Below, piece by piece: positions 49,321 through 60,964 of a DNA stretch of 64,000 nt. The position numbers and the translations under genes were made by a program. Origin of the DNA: Camelus ferus (Eukaryota); the NCBI RefSeq assembly GCF_009834535.1, contig NC_045696.1:16618001-16682000 (forward strand), in the 5' to 3' direction. Each line of letters opens with the position of its first letter. The stretch's first letter is position 1. The notes under the pieces are model-generated. The model was given only the letters and a program-made list of their open reading frames with translations. It was not told where the DNA came from and made no database searches.

Positions 49321-50934
49321 TTTTTTTTCTCATGTTGGAATAATACATTTAAATACTACAATAGATTACTTTTCACTTTTAGGATACACTGGGAAAAGGA
49401 GATGCTTGTATATTTTTATCAATATTATAATAGGAAGAGGAATTACTTAGTATTAATCTAATCACTTTATACACTTTTGTTCTTGAAACTTGATGTGATT
49501 TATTTCAGCAGGATTTTTTTTCAAGCACCCTTCATTGTAATTTAACAATGGTGGATATTCAGTGCTGCTAAAATTTATTCAAGAGAAAAAAAGCCAAGTG
49601 TTTCTTTAGTAACATCAAAAAGGAAGCATTTTGTGAAGTAGTTTTATTTTTAAAAATATATTTTTTTGCAAGAAAAAAGGTCATGCACATGTGCATGTGC
49701 GTGTGTAAGCTGCATAGCATTTAAGCAGACCTCAGGGATGAGTATGTTACTAAAAGTTCTTTTGAAAATGGCATGCACATTTAGTTATTTTAGAGAGGTT
49801 TTTTCCAGCTAATTTTCTGTTTCATAATAAAAGCTAAAATAATCTATTTGGAATTTGATTAAAATATCATATGGAAAGCTTTTGTCATTAAAAAATTTGG
49901 GATTGTAGTTATAAAAACACTCTAAATCTAAGTTGATTGCTTAGATTTTAACTATACATATAATCTTGAATTATGAATTTTTTTGAGAGTAAGGAAAATA
50001 TCAGAAGTTTTCATTGTTTCAAGACTCTATTAGGTGCATATTTTTATTCCATTCTCCCTTCTCTTGGTTTATATATGCCTTTAAAATAAAATTGTCCTGT
50101 TAGTTGTCCAGTTTTTAATTTTTTTCTCTCATCTTTTTCAGCAAACATTGAGAGTTTCTTTGACAATGTTTGCTTTTTTTGTTTGTTTGTTTTGCATGCG
50201 CAGTAAGTTCAGAGTGAGTAGCGTGTACTTTGAGAACGCAAATCAAAACAGGTTTGCTTTAAATTTCTTTTTTGTTTTAAACTATTCCCTGAAATACTTG
50301 GAAATTAATTTCTGTTTCTTTTCTCCATCATAATGTCAAACCCCAATTTATACTTAAATATTTTAGAGTATTCCTGGAGCACTCTAGTAATTAAGAAGTT
50401 ATGATCTAGCTTGAGTTTAGGAGGAAGCAATGACGAATTCTCTAAGCATATCAGCCGGTAAGGATTGTTAGGAACAGTTATCATGAGGTATCATTGGCCC
50501 CATTATCTTGCATAATCCCTTCAACACCACTGCCAGGATCAGAGTTGTTATCGTCACTACATCGATAAAAACAAGAAAGCAAGCTCTGTATGACCAAGAT
50601 GCTTCTTGTCTTCTTGTCTTCTGTAGTACTAGCTTTGCATTCTCCAGTGCTGACGCACTTAAACTTAAAATCTTAAGCATCTCTAGACAGCACATGAAAT
50701 CTTGCCTCCTGTCAAAACATTGTGTAACATGTCTGAAGGTCTAGGAAATGGTGGCATGGAGCTACATTTCAAGAAAATATTGATTAGGGTAAAATTGTTG
50801 GTGACTTATGTATCCATTCTCGGGGTTATCTCTTTTTTTCAGGTTTATGAAACAGATCCCAGACTAAAGGTTTATTCACTATAGAACTGCCTAATATATT
50901 TGCCATCTGTAATTAATCTTTAAAGCAATTATAT

Positions 50935-51098
50935 TCTAAGTTCTTGCCACTTAACTTGAGATCTGTGGACCAACAGCATGAACAGCACCTGGAAACTTGA
51001 CATAAACTCAGAAATCTGTGGGGCCCCCCACCCCAGCCCTATGCAATCAGAAACTGCATTTTAAAAAGATTCCCCTGGTCGGTAATCTGAAGGCACTG
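50935..51098. mobile_element. hAT MER5A-like element
   Basis: GGACCAACAGCATGAACAGCACCTGGAAACTTG...AATCAGAAACTGCATTTTAA. Confidence 0.7.
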
Positions 51099-51102
51099 GC
51101 CT

Positions 51103-51910
51103 CAGCCTGTATCTCAAAGTGAGGGTGAACACACCCAGGGTGGGGCAAAAATAACCCATTGTGGTGCACTGTAAATTTTATTTGTTTTTATTTAACATGT
51201 GTAGGAAAACAATCAAGCTTATGACTGTTTATTCTATGGGCTGACTCTGGCGCCCCCACGTGGTCTTAGACTGGTAGCCAGGCTACTCCTGCTAAAATGC
51301 CAGTAAAATGAATAATAATTTCAGGATTGGTAGCTTCACGTAGTGCAAGTCAAAACTCTTTCTAAGCCCAATTGTGACATTAAGGAAGGAATACAAAACA
51401 AAAGAAAAGACCACAACGATCTGGCCGGATCCTACAACACCTCAATAAAAATTCGGAATCATCGTGATTATTGAAATATGGGTCCATTACCGTTAGTACA
51501 TATTGCAGATTGTAGCTTTGTGAACTATCTTTTTCAATTTTGATATATAGTAAAACCACTATAAATACAAAATGAACTTTGTCTTCAAATAGATGGATCC
51601 TAAAATCAATCACATTGCTCTTACTAAAATATTATTGAGTCAAAAGAAATTCTTTTCTTATATAATAAATTGTTAAAATGTTTTAACTTTAGTAAGAACA
51701 AAAAGCTTTCTATACCTTTATAAATAAAATTTAATTAAAGTATATTTTTAATTTTTATGTTGTCATCTAAAGTTTCTAGGTTTTAGGTTTCATAATTGCA
51801 CAATATATTAATTTAATGACAAAAGTATGTAAGCTGTAAAACACACACATAAACAAATAAAATTAGAAACATTTTTACTGACTGAAGTGCAATGCAAAAA
51901 AGTTTTCTGC
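51103..51910 (+). mobile_element. hAT Charlie4-like DNA transposon relic
   Basis: Start TCTCAAAGTG...CACCCAGGG...CCCATTGTGGTG; internal GATTATTGAAATATGGGT resembles the Charlie transposase 'YLKYGF' motif; end TTTTTACTGA...CAAAAAAGTTT. Confidence 0.5.
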
Positions 51911-52689
51911 TTTACCACCTGGAGCAAAATCTTATATGTTATTTCTCTTCAAAGGACTTGCAAAATAAGCAAAATAAATAAGACAAATAGCAAGATACTT
52001 GTTTTTTGTTAATAACCCTGAGAAAGAGTGTAAGTGGAGACATTCATTATGAGGCAAATTATTGTCAAAAATACTTTGTTAAATTTAAAAAATAACTTAA
52101 ATATTGAATTAATTGACTGTACAGTTCTACTTCTTAGAATTTTAGAAACTGAGTATAAGGAAAAAATTAGTAATCTAAAAAATCCTTTAAATGAATGTAC
52201 ATGGTGCTACAACATTTCACAGTACTTTCTATATTTTCTCTCTCTTTAAGTGTGTTTATCACAGATATATGAGTAACTGTGAGGGAGAAATCTGCGCAGT
52301 ATTTCTTTAAAGAAGAGAAATTGGAATATGAGGTTACTGCTTAGTCTGACAAGTTTAATAAAGGGATTCTTATATAGGTCTTAATAAATTTATTTTCTCT
52401 TCTCTATTTCCTATTGTCTCCAAATTATTTGAATTCCCATTGGCACCATATTTAGGTGATGGTGCCTCAATGTCACAAAATTATATCCTGAAATTCGTTA
52501 CCACTTGTGTCCTCAAACCAGTGGGCTTATTTTCATGAGACAACAAAACTTTATACTTTTGTTACTTTGTATCATCACTAATCTGGCTTCCTTCTGATGT
52601 GTTAAAATGTCTTCCCAATAATTGTGTTAGAATGCTGGCATCAACATGAACTTCATGTGTACAATGTATATTGCACACACACATTTCTG

Positions 52690-53090
52690 CGATTTGTTGG
52701 ACACCAGAATCCCTTCTCCCCTGCTTCCTGGGCACTTGGCAAGACTATCATTTCCAACCTCCCTTTCAGGGAACTCAATCGAAGGACCACCCTTTGAGTT
52801 CTTCTTAATGGAATGAGATTAGAAAGACTGTGCTTCCAGGCTGGGGTCTTTACCTGAGTGGATGTATCTCCTCTATGCTCTTTTCTCCTCTCTGCGCCCT
52901 TAACCTTGGGCATGACAAACAGCCTCTAGGATGCGGACAGTGTTGGCAGAATTCTGGATACAGACAGCCCGAAGCTCTTCATCCCTGTGAGGAGGAGAGC
53001 TGCTTGTCACGTGTCTGGACTATGGAGGGAGCAAGAAATATGGACTCTTCGTGGGCTTATTCGTTGAAGCAGTTCATCCTATATTAGCGA
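52690..53090 (+). mobile_element. MaLR solo LTR (old MLT1H/I/J-like)
   Basis: CTTCCTGGGCAC...CATTTCCAACCTCCCTT...GGAGGAGAGCTGC...GAGCAAGAAATA. Confidence 0.65.
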
Positions 53091-55799
53091 TGTGCTTTAG
53101 GACAATATGTTTAGTAGAGTATGCTTAATGAAATATGTTTTAATTTGGATTATTTTAAGTGAGTTCCTTTCAAAATCTCACAGTATGTCTCTGTTGACCT
53201 TGCTTGGTGCTTTTTTTGTTTGCTTGTTTGTTTGTTTGTTTGTTTGTTTTTTTCTGTTTCTGGGCTGTAATTTCTGGGTCATACGTTGGTGGGAAAACTG
53301 ATATTCAAATCTGATTTCCCATCACATTTGATAGGAAAGCCTTTTGCAGCTTTTCTGTCTGCTTGCTTATGGTTTTCTGCTAGTCTTGCTTAATGTACTG
53401 ATTTACGCAGTGGGATAAGCGGGAAAACATATTTTAAATCTGAAAGCTTATATTCTGCTGAAGAGAGCAAACATTGTGAAAAAGCACTGAAATGTACAAG
53501 ATCTGTCAATTCTCCACACCCCTGCATTGTACATGCTCTTGTTAAAAACTCAAAAGATGGCAGAATGCAGATTGTGTTTATGAAAAGTTCTCTCCCTGTG
53601 CACCACGCATCATACATTTGATGCTTCTGCCTGAGGAAGTTTTATGGTGAACATTAGCCATTGAAGGAAACAGTCATACACCCTTGACCACACAAATAAC
53701 TATTTTCTGCTCTGCTTTGCAAATCCCTGGTTATTATGGGGCCTTAAGAGCAACCATCACTGTTTGGAAACTATGCAAGTGTGGTTCATTCTGGGACAGA
53801 CACTGTACTGCTGACTTCCTCAGCTCTAGGGGGTACAATTCAAAGCCTCTTTCCAAGGTTCAGAGAATTTTCCCTTCATGAATCATATAATTATTGGGCT
53901 GGGAAAGTCCTCAAGAAACTATGTGATATTAATTCCTGCATTTACATAGACCACAGTCTATGGAGAAAGTAAAGTCTTCAAAATCCCCTAGTGAATCATT
54001 TCCACACTTAAAAATCATCCTTACACGTATTACTTGAGGAGATACTGGTAACAGATTAACACAGAAATAATGAGACTGGGAGAGAGGAAAAAATTAGCCC
54101 TAAATCAAAAGTTTCGAACGCAAGGAAGTCAGGGATAGAAGTCACTTACCTGGAATAGGAATAAACATGATACGGAAAACACTTTACATTTTGTTGCATC
54201 TGACTCTAGAAACAAAGGCTATATACTAGAGTCATTTGAAGTTTAGAGAAACTTTGTAGCTTTCTTTGAGAAAATGAAGTAGGGATACCACGGGCTAAAA
54301 TGCAGGTTTTAAAAAATTCTGCATTACTGCCGTTTCCTCCTGTCACACGTGACTCACATCACTTCTTCCTCACAACATGGTCTCTTTTTCTATTTCTCTT
54401 TAGTTGAGTAAACCAGAGCACAGCAGGAGCAATTTATGCCAAAGGTGCTTCTCTGGTTGGGGATTTTAGAGATTTTGTGAAATCAACTATTTTGGGAACG
54501 ATTATTAGGTGAGTGGGAGGGTTCTCAATTCCGGATGGGTAATGGGTAGAGAAGCACTGATTCTGGTAAAAAGTAGTTCTCTTTGCATTTAATGATCAAG
54601 TATGGGTGTACCATCCAAAAAGCCTGCTTTAGAGAAAGTAATTTGAAAGAAAAAATTCCTAAAATTACTCAGTTGAAGCTGAGAAATGTGGTTCCTGACA
54701 CAGTGAAAGCCAAAAGTAGCACCATATTTAAAATTCAAGCAGCACATACCTTAACTGGATGACTAAAGTCTTTCAAAAAACAGAGAAAACTACAAAAAAC
54801 ACTTAATTTAGCTTGCCCTTCAACACATAAGTTAATATTTTAAGCTTTTTAGTTTTACTCATGACTTTTAAGACTGACTTTCGTTTTGTTTCTCCCTACT
54901 TAATTCTATTATTTAAAGGTAGTTCTCACTATTGAAAAGTGGGTGATTTTCCAAGATTTGCTGTCCACAAAGAGAATGTTCTGATGTGCATTTTGCGGAG
55001 GGTCTTGGGAAGTTGTAAAGTCTTAATGGCATTCCCAGATTATACAGGTAGTAAACTGTTATACATCTGAAAACTTGAAGCCTTGACAAAATTTAAATCA
55101 TCGCCTCTGGCACTTAGCTGACTAACGCGCGTTGCCTTATTCATTGGAGCACCAGACTGATGAAAACAATGTCGATTGGATCCAACATAATCAAGAGTTT
55201 CTTAACACCGTTAAAAAAGAAACAAAAGAGTTTGTGTTAATTAGGATGCTTTCAGGAACAATTAAAAGAAAACCCATTTCCAAGGGGCTCAAATGTTGAG
55301 GAGGTTTACTGGCTCAGAATCCGGTGGGTCTGGCCTCATCTTCTTACCTTTTATTCCTGGATCTGTTTCTCTACTGGTGTCATTACTGGAAAGGATTTTG
55401 CAGTTTGGGGATATTACAGGGCAGCTTTCAGAGGAAGATGTTGAGCACTCCATCCTTTGCTTCCAAGCAAGGGTCCTTCAGCCTATTCTGAATTTGACCA
55501 TTGGGAATGTTAACTGTGGCTGGGGGAATGGAGTGAACTCTTTAGCTTAAACTGAAAAGGATCTGTTTCAGGAGCTGGGCTGGGTGAGGAGGCGGTCAGC
55601 TTCCTCTGAACCACAGGTGCTATGTGAGAATAAAGGAATTAATGTTGAGTGGACAGCCACCTTTGACTGTGGGAGATTTACTGAGAATTACTACACCAAC
55701 GCTATGTAATTAAACAGAGTTGGTGTATTAGACTGTGCACTTAATCACAGTTTAAGGCAAAAATTCACAAAGAAGTACAGAAATGATTATAACGTGGCT

Positions 55800-57250
55800 G
55801 TAGGGTGAATCTCCCAATCTTTGCTTCCCAAAGTATTTGTTTCTGAAGGTTTTCCCTATGCATTTCTAGAAAAGCATTTTCTTTTATCTCTAATGACCAT
55901 ATCTTCTCCATATACTAATGTATTACTTAATTTTTCTTGCTACTTTTGTAATGATCTAGATAGTCTAATGATTTTTTATTACCATAAAACTAAATAAAAA
56001 TGTACTAGAATCTATTTTTAAACTAATTAACCACAGACTGAAGAGTCTCTTGTTTAATATAAGAGAATATGTATTCTTTCCTTTCTACCTTTCTTTCTCT
56101 TTCCCTTTCTTCCCTCTTTCTTTTCTTTCTCTCTCTCTCCTTTTTCCTTCTTCCTAGCTCTACACACTCTTTTTTATGTTGAATCATGCTATTTTAGAGA
56201 ATTATCTATTGCTGCTTTTATATGACAACATTGATGATTATTCAGGCAATAATTCTAATAATTACAGATGATATTGTCACCAAATACCCTTTTATTTGGA
56301 TTTATTTCAGGGTTTGCTCTAACATCTCTTTTGAGAAAAATAATACATGCGGGGAACACTTTCTAAGTTCTTGGATATGAGAATATCTTTGTTGCCTCCA
56401 AACATGATCGATAGCTTGGCTGGACATAGATTTCTTGGGCCCAAATCGATAGTCATCTTAACTTTAAAGGTGTTGAACAGTTTGCTTTTGAAATAGGGAA
56501 TTGTGAGGGAGAATGATGACATTGAGATGGTTTTCTCTTTTTGGATGTTGCCTGGTTTTCTGCCGGGACAGTTTTAGTGTTTTCCTTTTTTCTTTATTCC
56601 TGTAATTACCAAGACTCATTTCCGTCTTTTCTTCACATTAATTTTACCAAGTTTCCAGGTAGCCATTCTCGATTTAAAGTCTCAGCTGCTTTCAGCTCAG
56701 TGGCCTAAGATCCCTTCATTTCTGTTTTCTTTGCTGCCTCTCCTTTCTATACAGATGGCTTTTCTCCATCAGATTGCTGCATTTGGAATTTTTATAAAGA
56801 ACCTAGGGGAACTCCTGAATCAATTTTCCATCTTCCCACTATCTTTTCACTTAGTGTTTTGGCCCCTTGGCTATCTTCTTCTATGTCCTATATTTCTTGG
56901 GGTTAGCTAAGCTGTATCTTACTTTCTGTAGCAACACATCTGCTGCTCACCGCCTCCATTGATTAATATATGAAAACCTAATTTCCATCTGGAAGCAACT
57001 TCTCCTCGTCTCAGACTATTCTGTTTTATGTGCTGCCCCCTCAAATTTCATGGACAATAAAAATGAGAGGTTTTCAAAGTTTTCTTCTGTTTCTACCAAT
57101 AAGGCTGTTTCATAGGTGAAAATGAGCCCTGATATTTCAGAGAAGTCTGCATGCTCATAAACAAATTTACAGATAGTTAAACATATATTAAAACACATTT
57201 TATTTTTCTGTCTGGTCATCCTTACAGAAGATATAGGTTTGCCTACTATT
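55800..57250 (-). mobile_element. Ancient L1ME/HAL1-like element (ORF1 remnant)
   Basis: ORF 56319-56522 contains PRNLCPAKLSIMFGG, like the ORF1 C-terminal PRILYPAKLSF; boundaries approximate. Confidence 0.55.
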
Positions 57251-59058
57251 GAGAGGTGAAACGGTTCTTGTCGAGGTTATATGGAACCCTATTTAAAACT
57301 TTTGGATTCAGAGACAAAGAAAGTGTATATGTTTGGTCTATTCTTTTCCATAACAGGATTGAAGTTGTCTGTGAGGAGAGGCAGAAAGCTCCCACCAGAG
57401 GGACCTGCAACGTGGAGAGTTTCATCCCTGTGGGATTTTCAAGCGTGGGCAGTGGTTGGCCAAAATTGACTCCAGGAAAGTCAAACTCTCACCACCATGT
57501 TGTGGTACTTCCATGCCCCGTGTGGCCAGCCATTTCTCTGCATCAAATACAAGTTTGGAAGAATCACTGTAGCACATTGCTTTGTGTGCCAACACTTACT
57601 ATATTTTCCCCAAGTCTCTTTTGAGATTGTAATTTACCACTCGGTGCCTGACCTGTCACTCTGAATTAGGCTGGATTACTTCCCAGGGTGGCTTAATTTT
57701 TGCATTTGTTACCCCTCAGCTTGGTCCTTGTCTTCAGATTGTCTTGTCAAAAGTCTGTACAGTGGAGATTCCTGATGTTTCTGGCCTGTGTACACCATCT
57801 TTCTTCTTTTTCTTCTTTTTTTTAGCCTCTTGGGATGATACACATTTGTCCCTATCTCTTTTTATTTCTTTGGTTATTCCACTGAAAATCTGAGAGGTGG
57901 AAGATTTGTGAAACAGGGGAATTTACTTTGTTATCTCTGTCTTTGTCCTAAACTCCTTTGACTGTGTGTGTGTCGGAGTCTTTTCTGTTTTTGTTCCACA
58001 ATATTCCCTTATGAGTCCCATCATGGTTGGGTCATCATCTAAGACCAAAACTAGCGCTGAGTCTCAGTTTTCTGTGTGTTATTGTTCAAAGCCATATTAA
58101 ATGGATTCTTTCTTCTTTAACTATTTGGAATCTATCAACTGTGAATCCAAGAACTCCCAGTTTTGCTATTTCTTTGCCTATTGCTACTGCACAAATTTAT
58201 GTAGAGCAGAGTCTTTGGGATTTCTGTGTCTCATTCTCTTTGAATTCCTTGGAGAACTTCTGTCTTTGGTGATGGCTGGATTGTATAACTCTTCTTGCTC
58301 CCAGGAAAGAAAAAAATATCAACTTCTTGTTGAATATTGTCCAAATACTCCCACTCTTACATTTTTTTCCTTCTGCTTATTACACAAAGCTCTACTTCAA
58401 AGACATTTCTGTTACTGGTGGTGAGATTAGCCCAGCAGGCGGAATCAGTGTTGCTATTTAGTTGTTTTAAGTCTATTACATGAGAGGAGGATAAAATTAT
58501 TAGGGAAAAAGCTTAAAAGGCTTTTTAAAGTAAAATAATTCAATAATATTGTTTATAAAACAAACTTTCTCCATCAGAGTAAGAGGTTCTCAAAGGAGTG
58601 TTTCCAAAAAAAGGAGTGTTTTTCATGTATTCTAACACATTTGCTTAATTCTTTCACTTTCTTTTGAACAGCATTAACTAAAATCAACTTCAGGGGATCA
58701 AACATTTCATGCCCTTAAATCACCCCTCAAAATAGCTTTCCCTTTTTAGTAGTATGAGGCTGCTGATGGTGATAAGAGATAATATTAATATTTATAATCA
58801 TTTTTGTTTCATTACAGGTCAAACCACAACATTAATTAGATTGCATTATTGGGTTTAACTATACTCGGTGAATCAAAACAAATTGAAGTTAGAATTTTGT
58901 CTCTTAAAAATTTACTCTTTTACTCATGTAGAGGCTTTAATGATTGTAGTCTGAGTTTGCAATGAGAATAGGAATGAAACAGATTTTCAACCTATTGCCT
59001 TTCAGAGCCATGAAATAATCCATTATCAAGCACCAGCACATATTCTGGAGCAGACAGA

Positions 59059-59121
59059 GTGATGGTGATGGTGATGGTGATGGTGGTGATGGTGATGGTG
59101 ATGGTGATGGTGATGACGATG
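59059..59121. repeat. (GATGGT)n hexanucleotide microsatellite
   Basis: About nine units with one 3-bp interruption. Confidence 0.95.
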
Positions 59122-60089
59122 TCATACTAGAGCCAGACCTTCTCCCTGGTGTCCAGGCTACTGTTTGAGAAGGCATCTTAACTTAGTAGAAGTATCTTAG
59201 GAAACACGATGGTCTTAGCTCTGCACTTATATGTGAAGATGCACTCAAAAATTTTTTTCTACCCTAATGTCACCCCTTCCTCCAAATTCCACTTTGTTCT
59301 AACTGTTCTTGGCATACAGGTCTCATGAGTCAGGCAGTTTCAGTTTAAATACCTAAGCACTTTCAAGGCAGTAGACTTTGTGTAGGAAAATTTTGTAAAA
59401 CATCATGGATTTCTGCACTTTCTTCAGGAAGGTGGCTACCGATGCTAGCTGTGGAAGCATGACTTTTTGGATGGTTTCCCAAAAGAAGCTTGGAAATCTA
59501 AGAGTGGTAGCTGGGAAAGATTTCCCCACTTGTCTATATTTTTATGGTAATTTAGGCCCCTGGAAAGTATCAATATATTTTGTATTTTTGTTCTTTTTTT
59601 TTAGGCAATTGAGTTTCAAGCTTAGAATACTAGTAGTTTGAGATTTCATTCTTTGTAAATGGTGATCTACCTACTGTGAGTAACTCTTCTTTACCTTCTG
59701 AAGCTCTGCAGTTTCCTGCCACTCTTGCCCATCTTAATTGTGAATGTTTCCTAAAACAAAAACTTTGAATTTTTCCTAGTTCCTATCTCCTCATTTCTTG
59801 CTCAGAAAACTGATCTATTTTCACAGACTGAGTGTCCACCATAATGCTTTTTGTGCTTCTGTTTTAGTGTCTGGATTGTCACTAATGGTTATCACAATGG
59901 TGAAAAAACATAGCAACGTTTGTTTACTACCTATAAAACTGGCTTCATAATATCCTCTTCCAAATCAATAATCTCTTCTAAATTCTTTATTGTATCAATG
60001 ACTAGTATGTTTAAATATTATCCTTTTCAAAGTAGGTGTGTTCTCGGAGGTCAAAAGCCTGTTCTCACATTATTTTCATTTCCCCTAGA

Positions 60090-60250
60090 TCCTTGCTACT
60101 CAAAGTGTGATCCATCGACCAACAGCATTGATGTCATCTGGGCGCTTGTTAGAAATACAGAATCTTGGGTCCTATTCTGGACTTTCTGAATCAGAATCTG
60201 CATTTTAACTTGATGCTCAGTTGAAAGCATCATGTCTGAAACTTCAGTAT
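60090..60250. mobile_element. hAT MER5A-like element
   Basis: GCTACTCAAAGTGTGATCC...CTTGTTAGAAATACAGAATCT...GAATCAGAATCTGCATTTTAAC. Confidence 0.85.
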
Positions 60251-60369
60251 GAATACAAATCACCTGATACTTTGTTTTAACAATTGTAATAAGATTTTTG
60301 TACACACCCAGGTTAGGCTGATGTAACTGAAACTTGGATTATGTTTTTTTCAGTAGCAAGACTGTCGAG

Positions 60370-60530
60370 CAGCCCTGTCCAATAGAACATCTGTGATGAT
60401 GGTGATGTCCTATTTCTGCTGTTCGGTAAAGAAGCCACAGGTCACGTGTCACTAATGGGCAGCTTAATTAATATAAATGTAAGTTTAAAGGGCCACGTGT
60501 GGCTAGTAGCTATTCTGTTGGATAGTACAG
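60370..60530. mobile_element. hAT MER3-like element
   Basis: CTGTCCAATAGAAC...GATGATGG...GCCACGTGTGGCTAGTAGCTA...TTGGATAGTACAG. Confidence 0.8.
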
Positions 60531-60921
60531 CAAAATCCAAGGCACTCAGTGGGGAATTTAATAAATATCAGGGAAGTGAAACCAAAAACTTAATGCTATT
60601 AAAAAATTCACTTCAGACTCTGGTACATATATGTAAAAAAAAAAGAAAAGGAGATTGAATATGTGTAGAGTTCCTAAATAGCCACACTCACTGCTTGCCA
60701 AAAGGTCGTCTTCCGCTGTTATCAGTGGAGTGCGCTATATTCAAATCACCTGTGCTATTTGTCAAAGTGGATTATTCATTTGCACCAAGAAGCTGACATG
60801 ACTTTTCAAAGCCGAGATTTGCACAGACTGGGACAATATCGGACACAGCACACTGCTCCTACAGAAGGACATTCATGCCTTCTGGGTCAGTGCTGAGTTT
60901 CTGTGGCTTTCTGGGCTTTTT

Positions 60922-60964
60922 CCTATTTAAATATCCCTATTTAAATATCCCTATTTACCTATTT
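60922..60964. repeat. 14-bp tandem repeat (CCTATTTAAATATC x2 plus partial copies)
   Basis: Direct reading. Confidence 0.85.

Noticed and set aside
49682..49697. 16-bp palindrome CATGCACATGTGCATG / p53 site
   Set aside because: Part of a low-complexity purine-pyrimidine alternation where palindromes are common; poor RRRCWWGYYY match
50140..50180. Rho-independent terminator (hairpin + T7)
   Set aside because: The sequence is mammalian, so the bacterial interpretation does not apply
57390..57408. Additional CTCF-like sites (also ~43170, ~47940, ~58432)
   Set aside because: Each lacks the near-invariant GGC of the core
58937..59176. Ser/Pro-repeat protein
   Set aside because: Translation of the (GATGGT)n microsatellite
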